DNA from: Minisyncoccota bacterium
GTDB taxonomy: Bacteria > Patescibacteriota > Minisyncoccia > Minisyncoccales > GWA2-38-27
DNA: 64,000 nt
Assembly (NCBI GenBank): GCA_028697015.1
Contig: JAQVFW010000002.1
Coordinates: 5,287 to 69,286, forward strand
Direction: 5' to 3'
Below are positions 29,410-39,279 of the stretch, in pieces; the stretch's first letter is position 1; the number at the start of each line of letters is the position of its first letter. The notes beneath the pieces were generated by a model. That model did not search any database. It was not told the DNA's origin and saw only the letters and a list, made by a program, of their open reading frames with translations. Both the position numbers and the translations under genes were made by a program.

Positions 29410-30651
29410 TTATTTTATTTTTCTCAATATTGCAGGAGTTTCATAAGAATCCTCCTCTAAAAAACCTTTTTCTATTTTTTGGTTTTCTTCTTGAATCTGA
29501 AGGCCATTCCTTCTTCTCTCGTCTTCCTTTCTTTCTTTTGTTTTAACTTCAATTTCCTTCTTAGAACTATTTTTCTTAATTTTTTTATTCTTTTTTTTAG
29601 AAGGAGCTTCGCTTTCTCCGCAACCTACCGCCAAAAGAATTGTTTTTATCTTGTTTTTATTCTTTTTGCTCTGATTTATGCCGAAAATAATTTTTGCTTT
29701 TCTGCTTGCCGAATTAGAGATTGCTCTTGATATCATGGAAACTTCGCTAAGGCATAAATCTTCCCCTCCTAAAATATTGTATAAAATGCCTTTTGCTTTG
29801 CTTGCGGGATATAAAGAAAAGGGATCTGAAGTAATTTTTTTCAAATCTTCCATAATATTTTCCCTGTCGATAGAATATGAATTCAAAAAAGCAAGCTGTC
29901 CTTTGCCGCTTAAAATAGTCCTAAAATCGGCAAAATCAATATTAATCACTCCGGGAGAATGTATCATTTCGATAAGCCCTTCCAAATTTTCAGCAAGATG
30001 CCTGTTTATAATAGAGAGAGCTTCTTTAATAGGAGTCTGCTTGTCAATAATTTCAAATATTTTTTCGTTTGGAATAAGGGAATAAGCATTAAGATAAGGT
30101 TTAGCTTTTTCAATTGAAGAAAAGGCAAATCCTTTTTTTCTTTCTCCTTCAAAATTAAACGGAAGAGTAAATATCCCATAAGTAAGGATATTCATTTTTC
30201 TTGCTTCTTTTGCAAAAATAGGCATTGCTCCGGAACCCGCTCCTCCTCCAAGACAGGAAACAATAATGCAAATATCCTGACCTGAAAGAATTTTTTCAAT
30301 TTTCTCTTTAGAAAGAGTAGCTGAAGATTCTCCCAAATCCGGGTCCATTCCGGTTCCGAATCCATAAGTAGCCCCTTCTCCTAAAAAGACCTTTTTTATT
30401 TTAGAAGAATTTTTTCTTGGCGCCACAGTATCGGTCAAAACAAAATCCGCTTTTTTAACTCTTGAAGAAATTTCAGAAATAATTGTTCCAGCCCCTCCTC
30501 CTATTCCAATAATTTTAATTTTTGTCTTCTGGACAACAGGAAGAACTTTTTTCTCCGCTTTTGGGGGCATCTTCTTTTCCCTTTTTTGCTTTTTAAGATT
30601 CTTCTTTTTTATTTTTTTTCTTGGCTCTTTTTTATTTTTATTCTTTGCCAT
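29410..30651 (-). CDS. Divergent FtsZ-family protein
   Basis: GGGAGSG, PFNFEG, INIDFAD, C-terminal PAILRK. Confidence 0.85.
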   Translation of the reverse strand: MAKNKNKKEPRKKIKKKNLKKQKREKKMPPKAEKKVLPVVQKTKIKIIGIGGGAGTIISEISSRVKKADFVLTDTVAPRKNSSKIKKVFLGEGATYGFGTGMDPDLGESSATLSKEKIEKILSGQDICIIVSCLGGGAGSGAMPIFAKEARKMNILTYGIFTLPFNFEGERKKGFAFSSIEKAKPYLNAYSLIPNEKIFEIIDKQTPIKEALSIINRHLAENLEGLIEMIHSPGVINIDFADFRTILSGKGQLAFLNSYSIDRENIMEDLKKITSDPFSLYPASKAKGILYNILGGEDLCLSEVSMISRAISNSASRKAKIIFGINQSKKNKNKIKTILLAVGCGESEAPSKKKNKKIKKNSSKKEIEVKTKERKEDERRRNGLQIQEENQKIEKGFLEEDSYETPAILRKIK

Positions 30652-30687
30652 TTTTTGTTTTATAAAAATATTTAAAATCTATAACGG

Positions 30688-31056
30688 CTATTGTTGTTTT
30701 ATTGTTATAATCCTTACTCCAATACTGGCAATTTGCCCCCCTCCAAAAAGAAAAATAAAGGCAAAAATGGAAAAAGAAATTAAATTCATCATCATATTCA
30801 TTGATTCGGCCGGAAAAATATTTGAAATCTGCCCTGTTTTAAAGATTTCTTCAAAAATCATTTTTTGAACCGGGTCTTCTATTTCCATTATCTCCTTTTC
30901 TTCTTCAATTGGGGCTTCTTCTATTACAAAAATTTGAGGAGATAATGTTTTACCTGTAAAGATATTATAGGACACAAGGAGAGTAAAAACAATAAGAGAA
31001 ACCCCAAAAAGAAGCAAAATCCATCCTATAATATGCTTTATATAGAAATATGTCAT
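30688..31056 (-). CDS. Hypothetical membrane protein (2 TM)
   Basis: Two hydrophobic segments; overlaps the upstream stop by 4 nt. Confidence 0.65.
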   Translation of the reverse strand: MTYFYIKHIIGWILLLFGVSLIVFTLLVSYNIFTGKTLSPQIFVIEEAPIEEEKEIMEIEDPVQKMIFEEIFKTGQISNIFPAESMNMMMNLISFSIFAFIFLFGGGQIASIGVRIITIKQQ

Positions 31057-32105
31057 TTTTTTAAATAAATTGTCTGACTTGGAAAAGCCATTTTAACTTT
31101 TTCTTTTTCAAGTTTTTCTTTTATTTGAAGAAGAATCGACTGATGAGTATTCATAAACTCATTATAATCTCCCGAAAGAATATAATATACAATTTCAAAT
31201 AAAAGAGAAGAATCGGAGAATTCCGCAAAATGAGCTCTGTCAAATTTGGATAATTTTTCCTTCTTTATTATTTCTTCTACAATTTTTGGAATTATTTTAA
31301 GAGATTTTGTAGGTGTTGCATATTCTACTCCAAACTTGAAAACAACCCTTCTTTCTTTCATTTTTTTAAAATTTTGAATCCTGCTTGAAATAAGCTCATG
31401 GTTTGAAATTACAATCTCCTCTCCTTGAAGAGCTCTCAGGCGGGTTGTCTTGATACCGATTTTTTGCACGACTCCCATATGAGTGCCTGTAATTATAAAA
31501 TCTCCGACAGTAAAAGGCCTGTCAAAATGAATAGCAAAAGAACTAAAAAGATCGCTTAGAATGTTTTGAGCGGCAATTGCAATTGCTATGCCACCTATTC
31601 CAAGTCCTGCAATAAGAGAAGTAATATTTATCCCGAAATTTGAAAAAATAAGCAAAATGCCAAATACATAAAGAAGCCCTTTTAGAAGCTTGGCAATATT
31701 TGTTATCGCATGTTTTGTCCCTTCGTCTTTTTCCTTTAAAAAGTATTTTGGAAGAAGATAATCAATTGCAACATGGGAAACAAGAACAGCTTGATAAACA
31801 ATAATAATTAAAAAAGCTCCGTCTAAAATATGAAATATTATTGAATTTGCATATATAAAAAGTTTGAAAGAAAAATAAAAAGAAATAAAGACATAAAAGG
31901 AAAATTTAATTCCTTTTATTGTCCTTATTAATATTTTATCAAAATCTGTTTTTGCCTTTTCGGAGATCTTTGAAATTTTAACCAATATTATTTCCTGAAA
32001 TATCTTAAAAAGAATAAGAAAAAGAAAGAATAAAGATAAAAAGACGATATAATTAAGAACGCTATTTCCTAAAAAAACTACATTTAAAATTTGATCAATT
32101 TCCAT
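31053..32105 (-). CDS. MscS family mechanosensitive channel
   Basis: GLGIGGIAIAIAAQ, DRPFTVGDFI. Confidence 0.93.
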   Translation of the reverse strand: MEIDQILNVVFLGNSVLNYIVFLSLFFLFLILFKIFQEIILVKISKISEKAKTDFDKILIRTIKGIKFSFYVFISFYFSFKLFIYANSIIFHILDGAFLIIIVYQAVLVSHVAIDYLLPKYFLKEKDEGTKHAITNIAKLLKGLLYVFGILLIFSNFGINITSLIAGLGIGGIAIAIAAQNILSDLFSSFAIHFDRPFTVGDFIITGTHMGVVQKIGIKTTRLRALQGEEIVISNHELISSRIQNFKKMKERRVVFKFGVEYATPTKSLKIIPKIVEEIIKKEKLSKFDRAHFAEFSDSSLLFEIVYYILSGDYNEFMNTHQSILLQIKEKLEKEKVKMAFPSQTIYLKK

Positions 32106-32119
32106 ATTATTAATATTTT

Positions 32120-32872
32120 TTATTCATATTTTCTTGCTGATTCTCTATAGGCGCAAAAATCGCAATCCAAGGAAGAAGAAGGCAATTCATTAGACATTAA
32201 GCACTCATGAGCTTCATTTAACGCCTTTTCCACCCATAGATCATTCCCTTCATAAGGAAGAAGGACAACATCAAATTCAAGTTTTTTGTCAAATGCCTCT
32301 TTATCAGCATCTCCATTACAATAGACAAAATATCCGACACTTGAAACCTTAAACCCGTTTTTTCTAAAAAGCCACTGATAAACTTCCATCTGTCTTTTAT
32401 ACCCTATCTGCCAAGGCGCATCTATATTAATCTCTCCGTTTTTGGAAGTAGCTTTATAATCAACGATAATAAGCTCCCCTTTCGGATTAATCCAAACATC
32501 GTCAACTCCTCCGGTTACGATAAAATTAGTCGGTAAATGAAGATATCGAATTCCTCTTCTTAAAGAATCCCGCCATTCTTCCATTTTTTCGTGGGAAAAA
32601 GGAACAGCGTCAACTCCGTATTTTTCCATTAAAGGATGAGAACTTCCATTTACTCTATGAACATCAAATTCTTTTTTAAGAAGCTTGTCTACTGCAGAAT
32701 TAAGCGAAAAAGGATATCCCGGCGGTTGAGCAACTCCAAGCCGGCGGTCAAGGTAAAAACACCTCTTACAATTTAAAAAAAGATCTATTTTTGTTCTGCT
32801 TAGCCGAAAAGGATCCTTGGAATTCGGTTCAAAAAGAGAGCTATTTCTTTGTGAGTTATAGTATTTTGACAT
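32120..32872 (-). CDS. PD-(D/E)XK nuclease (Cas4/AddB-like)
   Basis: CKRCFY, GGVDD, IVDYK, QMEVY, CDFC. Confidence 0.85.
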   Translation of the reverse strand: MSKYYNSQRNSSLFEPNSKDPFRLSRTKIDLFLNCKRCFYLDRRLGVAQPPGYPFSLNSAVDKLLKKEFDVHRVNGSSHPLMEKYGVDAVPFSHEKMEEWRDSLRRGIRYLHLPTNFIVTGGVDDVWINPKGELIIVDYKATSKNGEINIDAPWQIGYKRQMEVYQWLFRKNGFKVSSVGYFVYCNGDADKEAFDKKLEFDVVLLPYEGNDLWVEKALNEAHECLMSNELPSSSLDCDFCAYRESARKYE

Positions 32873-32937
32873 AACTTTCAATTATCATAACAAATATCTT
32901 TCTGTTTGTTAAGGGAAGCTTTTTATTAAATCTATTC

Positions 32938-33489
32938 TTAATTGGTTATTCCTAAAATGTTGAGCCAATTTTCAAACCTTTCAAAGCTCTCTTTTCCGTA
33001 TTTTTTAATATCTTTCTTGATTTCTTCAATTGTTTTTTCCTTCTCTAAAAAATCTTTCTTTTTTGAGAAAAATTTATCGGCAACACAAACAATTTTCTCT
33101 TCAATAGTAAGAGGAATCATATCTTTAAAAGGCAAAGGAAAACCGCCTCTTTTTGTCTCTTCTTTTGATATTCCTGCTCCAACATGCCTTTCACAAACAA
33201 GGGCATGACTTAGAAAACCTTCTTTTTCCAAAATTTCTCTTCCTAAAAATCCATGGCAAATATATGGTCTTTTTCCAAAACAATAAATAGAAGGAGCATT
33301 GGTTAAAAAAATTCCTATATCATGAAGCATAGACGCTTCTTCTATAAATTTTAAGTCAGGATTAAGATTCTTATTTTTCCCCCCTATTTCCAGGGCCTTT
33401 TTTGCAACCGCTCTGCTGTGGCTTAGAAGAATATTACGGGCCTTGGTATTTTTTTCATAATACTTATTTATTATTTTCAAAAAATCCAT
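32938..33489 (-). CDS. HDIG domain phosphohydrolase
   Basis: HS...LHDIG...HG...RH...ADK. Confidence 0.88.
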   Translation of the reverse strand: MDFLKIINKYYEKNTKARNILLSHSRAVAKKALEIGGKNKNLNPDLKFIEEASMLHDIGIFLTNAPSIYCFGKRPYICHGFLGREILEKEGFLSHALVCERHVGAGISKEETKRGGFPLPFKDMIPLTIEEKIVCVADKFFSKKKDFLEKEKTIEEIKKDIKKYGKESFERFENWLNILGITN

Positions 33490-33523
33490 ATGAGGACATT
33501 ATAGCAAAAAAGAAAAAGTATTC

Positions 33524-33547
33524 AAAAAAACGCCAAACGGCGTTTTT
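33524..33547 (-). terminator. Terminator after the V-ATPase operon
   Basis: AAAAACGCC/GGCGTTTTT inverted repeat. Confidence 0.7.
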
Positions 33548-33571
33548 AAAGATTCTTCTTTTTTATAAAAA

Positions 33572-34198
33572 TCAAGCTTTACTGCTGTTTAGCGTCTTAA
33601 GTTTTAACGCCACTGTTCTTTCAAATCTCTCCCCTTCTTCAAGTTTTTGGGTAATATATTTTTTTGCTCTCTCAACTTCCGGAATATATACATGCTCTAA
33701 GGAATTAACCCTTCTTCTATTTTTCTCTATCTCGCTTGCAAGCTCTCTTATCTTTAAAGAAAGAGAAGCATATTCCATAAGATATTCCCCTAAAGATGCC
33801 ATTTTTTTCTTTGATAAAATAAATCGGTAATTTGATTTTTTAAAATCAACAGGACCGGAAAAGACGGCATCTTTGTTGATAATTCTATAATCATTTACTT
33901 CGACTCCCATAATATTTGACTTTGTTTTTTCAATTTCTGCTTTTGGAATAGAAGAAAGAGATTCTTTTGTTTCTTTCACCCCCAAAACATTTGAAGAATA
34001 AAAAAAATCAAGCAGCGCTAAAGGAAGTTCATTTTCAACCTTCTTTCTAAGAACAATAAGATCGTTTATCTTCTTTAGAAATTCTCTCATTAATCCTTCC
34101 AGTTTTTCTTTCAAAAGCTTATGCCCCGACTTTGCTATTTTAAGCCGTTTTTTTAGCTTCAAAAGTTCCTGACGAGTTGGATTAATTTTTGATTTCAT
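33572..34198 (-). CDS. ntpD: V/A-type ATPase subunit D
   Basis: [23 protein letters not shown]. Confidence 0.94.
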   Translation of the reverse strand: MKSKINPTRQELLKLKKRLKIAKSGHKLLKEKLEGLMREFLKKINDLIVLRKKVENELPLALLDFFYSSNVLGVKETKESLSSIPKAEIEKTKSNIMGVEVNDYRIINKDAVFSGPVDFKKSNYRFILSKKKMASLGEYLMEYASLSLKIRELASEIEKNRRRVNSLEHVYIPEVERAKKYITQKLEEGERFERTVALKLKTLNSSKA

Positions 34199-35567
34199 CT
34201 TTTAAATATTTTTCAATATCTTCTTCTTTTACTCTCTTTAGCTCTTCTTTAGGCAAAATACTTAAAAGTTCCCAACCGATATTAAGAGTTTCTTCTATCT
34301 CTCTGTTCTCATTAATATTCTGTCTTAAAAACTTATCTTCAAAAAGACGGGCAAATTGTAAATAAAGAAGATCTGTTTTTGAAAGAGCCGACTCGCCTAA
34401 AATAACGGAAAGCTCTCTCATTTCAACGCCCCTTGCATAAGAAGCAAAAAGCTGACTGGCAAGACCAGGATGATCTTTTCTTGTCTTTCCTTCTCCTATT
34501 CCTTTATCTCTTAATCGCGACAAGCTCGGCAAAACATCAATTGGAGGATATATTCCGGACTGGTGAAGGTTTCTTGAAAGCATTATCTGCCCTTCGGTAA
34601 TATATCCGGTCAAATCAGGTATTGGATGAGTCTTGTCGTCTTCTGGCATTGTAAGAATAGGAATTTGAGTAACAGAACCGGGCTTTCCGGTAATAAGACC
34701 TGCTCTTTCATATATGGTTGAAAGGTCGGTGTATAAATAGCCGGGATATCCTCTTCTGCCGGGAATTTCTTTTCTCGCTGCAGAAACTTCTCTAAGGGCT
34801 TCGCAATAATTTGTCATATCCGTTAGAATAACCAAAACATGATATCCTTTCTTAAAAGCAAGATATTCTGCCATAGTTAAAGCCAGACGAGGAAGAATTA
34901 TCCTTTCAATTACTGGATCATCGGCGATATTCATGAAAAGAACCGACCTCTGAAGAGCTCCGGTTTTTTTAAATTCGTTTAAGAAAAACTGAGATTCTTC
35001 AAAAGTAATTCCCATTGCTCCGAAAACAATGGCAAATTTATCTTCCTTACCGCCGGCAATTTTTGATTGTCTTGCGATTTGAGCGGCAAGAAGTGAATGA
35101 GGAAGTCCGGCTGCGGAAAAAATTGGAAGCTTTTGGCCTCTTACAAGGGTATTTAATCCGTCAATTGCTGAAATTCCGGTCTGGACAAAACTATCAGGGA
35201 ATTCTCTGCAATAGGGATTAATAGGATTTCCGTTAATATCTACGGAATCTTCTGGAATTGGCTTTGAATGGCCATCAATAGGATTTCCTGAACCATCAAA
35301 AACTCTCCCAAGCATTTCTTCGCTAACCTCAAGAGACATAGTTTTCCCTAAAAATCTTACATTCGAGGCCTTTGTTTCCATTCCTCTTGTTTCTTCAAAC
35401 ATCTGAACAAGCGCCTTGCCTTCGCTCGCCTCAAGAACTCTGCCCATTCTTTTTTCGCCACTTGACATTTCTATTTCAACCAGCTCTTCATATTTAACAT
35501 TATGGATATTATCAACAACGATAAGAGATCCTACCACTTCTTTTAAACCTTTGTATTTTAACGACAT
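34182..35567 (-). CDS. ntpB: V/A-type ATPase subunit B
   Basis: [33 protein letters not shown]. Confidence 0.97.
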   Translation of the reverse strand: MSLKYKGLKEVVGSLIVVDNIHNVKYEELVEIEMSSGEKRMGRVLEASEGKALVQMFEETRGMETKASNVRFLGKTMSLEVSEEMLGRVFDGSGNPIDGHSKPIPEDSVDINGNPINPYCREFPDSFVQTGISAIDGLNTLVRGQKLPIFSAAGLPHSLLAAQIARQSKIAGGKEDKFAIVFGAMGITFEESQFFLNEFKKTGALQRSVLFMNIADDPVIERIILPRLALTMAEYLAFKKGYHVLVILTDMTNYCEALREVSAARKEIPGRRGYPGYLYTDLSTIYERAGLITGKPGSVTQIPILTMPEDDKTHPIPDLTGYITEGQIMLSRNLHQSGIYPPIDVLPSLSRLRDKGIGEGKTRKDHPGLASQLFASYARGVEMRELSVILGESALSKTDLLYLQFARLFEDKFLRQNINENREIEETLNIGWELLSILPKEELKRVKEEDIEKYLKDEIKN

Positions 35568-35610
35568 ATTTTTAAGAGTTTTAAATTATCAATATTACCT
35601 ATTGCCACTT

Positions 35611-37305
35611 TTAAGGAATAAATTTCATTTTTGCGATTTGCTGTTTTTCGGGCAAATCAAGAACATCTGATATGCTTTTTCCTTCATTTAACATTTTTAT
35701 TCCCTTTTTGTAATAATCAACTATCGCCTTTAGCATACTAAATTGCTTTTTCAAAGGGCAGTAAGTGTCGACTTTATCAAAGGCGCTCTGGACCAAAAAA
35801 TCCTCCCTTATTATCCTTCCCAGCTCCATTGTTAACTTGTCACTGTTTGAAAGCGATTCAAGGCCAACAAGCCGGACAATTTCTTCAAGCTTTGATTCTT
35901 CTCCTAAAATTTTCATTGCCGCTTCCCTATTTTCTGAAAATCCTTCTCCTGCATTTTTTTCAAAATATGAAGAAAGCGTTTCTGCATAGAGAGAATAACT
36001 ATTCAACCAATTAATTGCCGGAAAATGCCTGGCATAAGCAAGTTTATCTTCAAGCGACCAAAAAACTTTTGTTGTTCTTAAAGTATTCTGAGTAACAGGT
36101 TCTGAAAGATCTCCTCCTGGAGGAGAAACAGACCCGATAACCGTTAGCGCCCCCAAACGCTTTTTAGAAGAAAGGCATTCTACATACCCCGCTCTTTCAT
36201 AAAAAGAAGCTGTTCTTGAACCAAGATATGCGGGATATCCTTCTTCTCCCGGCATTTCTTCAAGACGAGCCGACATTTCTCTCAAGGCCTCCGCCCATCT
36301 TGAGGTTGAATCAGCCATAAGAGCGACGCTATAGCCCATATCTCTAAAATATTCCGCAATGGTTATTCCGGTATAAATAGAAGCTTCTCTTGCAGCAACT
36401 GGCATATTTGAAGTATTGGCAATCAAAACCGTTCTCTCTAAAAGGGGCCTGCCGGATTTTGGATCTTTTAACTGAGGAAATTCCTTAAGAACATCTGTCA
36501 TTTCATTACCTCTTTCCCCACAACCGACAAAGATAATAACATCAGCGTCAGACCACTTCGATATTTGATGCAAAACAACGGTTTTTCCGCTTCCAAAAGG
36601 CCCGGGGATAGAAGCGGTTCCTCCTTTTGCAACTGGGAAAAAAGCATCAAGAACTCTTTGCCCTGTAATAAGCGGCTCAAAAGGAACAAGTTTTTTTGAA
36701 ATAGTCCTTCCTTCTCTTATCGGCCAAACCTGAGACATGGAAAAGGAAAGATTATCTTCTTTAGATTTAATTTCAATAACCGCTTCTTTTACATTAAAAT
36801 CACCTTCTTTAATTGAAACAACCTGTGATGGTTTAACATTAAGAGGAAGCATGATTTTGTGAGTAACAAGAGGGGTCTCTATTACTTCTCCAAAAATATC
36901 TCCGGCTTCAATTATGTCTCCTGCTTTAACGGTCGGACTAAAATGCCATTTTTTTTCAAGGTCAAGAGAAGGCACATCTACTCCCCTTTCTATAAAATCG
37001 CCTGATTTTTCAGCAATATATTTTAAAGGCCTTTGTATTCCATCATATATCGAACCTATTAATCCTGGACCAAGAACAACCGAAAGCTGATTGCCCGTTC
37101 TATATACCGGTTCTCCGGGACCTATTCCGGAAGTTTCTTCATAAACCTGAATTGATGCCTTGTCTCCCCTTATTTCAATAACCTCTCCAACAAGGCCTTT
37201 ATCTGATACCTTTACAACTTCGTAAATCTTTGCCTTTTCCATATTTTCAGCGACTATAAGCGGCCCTGAAACTTTTATAATTTTACCTTTATTTTTTTCT
37301 TCCAT
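35611..37305 (-). CDS. ntpA: V/A-type ATPase subunit A
   Basis: GPFGSGKT, GCGERGNE, MPGEEGYPAYL; no intein. Confidence 0.97.
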   Translation of the reverse strand: MEEKNKGKIIKVSGPLIVAENMEKAKIYEVVKVSDKGLVGEVIEIRGDKASIQVYEETSGIGPGEPVYRTGNQLSVVLGPGLIGSIYDGIQRPLKYIAEKSGDFIERGVDVPSLDLEKKWHFSPTVKAGDIIEAGDIFGEVIETPLVTHKIMLPLNVKPSQVVSIKEGDFNVKEAVIEIKSKEDNLSFSMSQVWPIREGRTISKKLVPFEPLITGQRVLDAFFPVAKGGTASIPGPFGSGKTVVLHQISKWSDADVIIFVGCGERGNEMTDVLKEFPQLKDPKSGRPLLERTVLIANTSNMPVAAREASIYTGITIAEYFRDMGYSVALMADSTSRWAEALREMSARLEEMPGEEGYPAYLGSRTASFYERAGYVECLSSKKRLGALTVIGSVSPPGGDLSEPVTQNTLRTTKVFWSLEDKLAYARHFPAINWLNSYSLYAETLSSYFEKNAGEGFSENREAAMKILGEESKLEEIVRLVGLESLSNSDKLTMELGRIIREDFLVQSAFDKVDTYCPLKKQFSMLKAIVDYYKKGIKMLNEGKSISDVLDLPEKQQIAKMKFIP

Positions 37306-37307
37306 TT

Positions 37308-37586
37308 TTAATTGCTGAGCATGGGCATTTTAGCTCCCACCGCTCTCGTTATTTCTTTTTTCAAATATTCTTCGTCTTGCTTTTTAACAATTCCGGGTAA
37401 AAGGACAATTCCCGAAATTTCTTCGCTTAAAATGTCCTGGCTTACAAAAACAACTTCAAAATCCTCTTTTTTAATTTCTTCAAAAATCTGAAAAAATTCT
37501 TTCTCATTATCAGCAGAAAAGCAATAAAATCCCAAAAAGGAAAATGCCTCTGAATATTCTTTTGGGCCGATAAATGCTATTTTCAT
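37308..37586 (-). CDS. V/A-type ATPase subunit F
   Basis: MKIAFIG...F..LG, C-terminal RAVGA, operon position. Confidence 0.85.
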   Translation of the reverse strand: MKIAFIGPKEYSEAFSFLGFYCFSADNEKEFFQIFEEIKKEDFEVVFVSQDILSEEISGIVLLPGIVKKQDEEYLKKEITRAVGAKMPMLSN

Positions 37587-38176
37587 ATCATTCTGACGTT
37601 TTTTATAAGTTCGTTTATTTGAAGAGGCAAAATTCCCAGTTTCTTTGAAGAAAGTATAAGAGAAACTATTTTTTCTGCTTTTCTCTTTTTCAGTAGAAAA
37701 GCGAAAAAAGGAGAAAGTCCTTCTGTCTGCATTTCCGAAGCTAAAACAAATTCTTCTTCTTTTTCTTCAAGTAGGTCTTCTTTTTCTTTTAGTAGCTCCA
37801 TATCATTCTTCTTTGCCGTTTCTTCAAATTCTTTTAGTAATTGTCCGTAGGATTTTAAGAATGCAGATACTTTCTTTGACTTTATTTTCTTTGCGGTTTC
37901 GAAAACGTTTTCCTGATTTAAAGAAAGAAGATTTAATATTTCATCTTTCGCTCCCATTTTCAAAAGAATCTTTTTAAATTCTTCTTTTTCTTCTTTAATA
38001 ACATCTTCATAATTTGAAGAATCTTTTGAAAGGGCATAAGGGGCATAATCTGTATCCTGAAGAACTTTAAATGCTTCTTTTAAAGTTAGAGCGTTAATCA
38101 TTCTGCTAAAATCAGTAGAATCAACTACCCATTTTTCTTTAGCTCTTGCCCAATATATGAAAAAAAGATGCTTCAT
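37583..38176 (-). CDS. V/A-type ATPase subunit C, shortened
   Basis: RAKE...F.RM...LQDTDY N-terminus, position between E and F. Confidence 0.7.
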   Translation of the reverse strand: MKHLFFIYWARAKEKWVVDSTDFSRMINALTLKEAFKVLQDTDYAPYALSKDSSNYEDVIKEEKEEFKKILLKMGAKDEILNLLSLNQENVFETAKKIKSKKVSAFLKSYGQLLKEFEETAKKNDMELLKEKEDLLEEKEEEFVLASEMQTEGLSPFFAFLLKKRKAEKIVSLILSSKKLGILPLQINELIKNVRMI

Positions 38177-38748
38177 GAAAAAAGTAATGATAAATCGCTT
38201 TTATTATTTAAGACCGTCTCGTCAACTATCGAAGAAATACTCACTTCAAAGGAATATTTTTCTCCTTCAACTAAAAAACCGTCTTCAATTCCAAGCGATT
38301 TTTCGGTGACTTTTGCCTTTGGTAAAAGATTTTGAATTTCTTCTTTTTTTGAAAGAGGAGCAAAAACATTTTCAAAGGAAATAAGCTCTTCTAACTTATT
38401 TATTTTCTTTTCGTAGGCCTTTTTTCTTACATCAAAAGGAGCTTTTTTCAAACTCTCTTTAATTTCTAAAATAGCGCTGGTTATTAATTTTTCTTTTAAG
38501 GAAAGGCACTCCATCTTTAACTGGAATTCTTTTTCTTCTTTGTATTTTTCAAGAATGGCTCTTTTCTCTTTTTCAATTTGAGCGCTGTTTTTTTTAAGAA
38601 GGTCTTTTTCTTCTTTATTCATTTTTTCGTCCAGTTCCCTTATTTCTTTCTCAAAGTTTTTTTTCAACTCTTCTTTTCTTTTCTTTGTTTCTTCTTCTAT
38701 TTGAATAATAATAGGAGAAAGAGACGATATTGTCTTGGTGTTTGACAT
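38173..38748 (-). CDS. V/A-type ATPase subunit E
   Basis: Charged helical N-terminus, IEDGFLV, operon position. Confidence 0.7.
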   Translation of the reverse strand: MSNTKTISSLSPIIIQIEEETKKRKEELKKNFEKEIRELDEKMNKEEKDLLKKNSAQIEKEKRAILEKYKEEKEFQLKMECLSLKEKLITSAILEIKESLKKAPFDVRKKAYEKKINKLEELISFENVFAPLSKKEEIQNLLPKAKVTEKSLGIEDGFLVEGEKYSFEVSISSIVDETVLNNKSDLSLLFS

Positions 38749-38775
38749 TTGTTTTTTCTTAATCAATTTAAGAAT

Positions 38776-39249
38776 TTATATCACTATCCCGTTTAAAATC
38801 AGAATAGTTGCAAGAAGAGCAATAACGGCATAAGTTTCAACCATAGCTGAAAGAATAATAGCTTTCCCAACTTCTTCCGGCCTTTTAGCTAAAACAGATA
38901 TTCCGGCAGTACTTACCTTTCCCTGTAAAATTCCTGAAATAAATCCGGAAATTGCAATAGGAAGACAAGCAAAAAGAATTTGCCATCCTACTTCCGAAGG
39001 AAAAACCATTGACTCTCCTGTAAACATTCCTATTTTTTGAAGAACTAAAACAGCCGCTAGAAATCCGTAAATTCCCTGTGTTCCGGGAAGAACTTGAAGC
39101 ATAAGAGCTTTTCCAAATTTTTCCGGTTCTTCAGAAATAAGGCCTGAAGCGGCCTGTCCTACATAACTAATGCCGAGAGCTGAACCGATTCCGGCAAGCG
39201 CGACGGCGAATACTGCTCCCAAAATAGCTAAAAAAATTCCCATTTCCAT
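38776..39249 (-). CDS. ntpK: V/A-type ATPase proteolipid subunit K (4 TM)
   Basis: LPGTQGIYG, LQGK, MVETYA. Confidence 0.95.
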   Translation of the reverse strand: MEMGIFLAILGAVFAVALAGIGSALGISYVGQAASGLISEEPEKFGKALMLQVLPGTQGIYGFLAAVLVLQKIGMFTGESMVFPSEVGWQILFACLPIAISGFISGILQGKVSTAGISVLAKRPEEVGKAIILSAMVETYAVIALLATILILNGIVI

Positions 39250-39279
39250 ATTTTTTTTGTTTAATTATTATTTTTATAT

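Noticed and set aside
35568-35640. Frameshift or truncation at the end of V-ATPase subunit A
   Set aside because: Only a short, poorly conserved C-terminal tail is missing, and no convincing continuation is seen in other frames.
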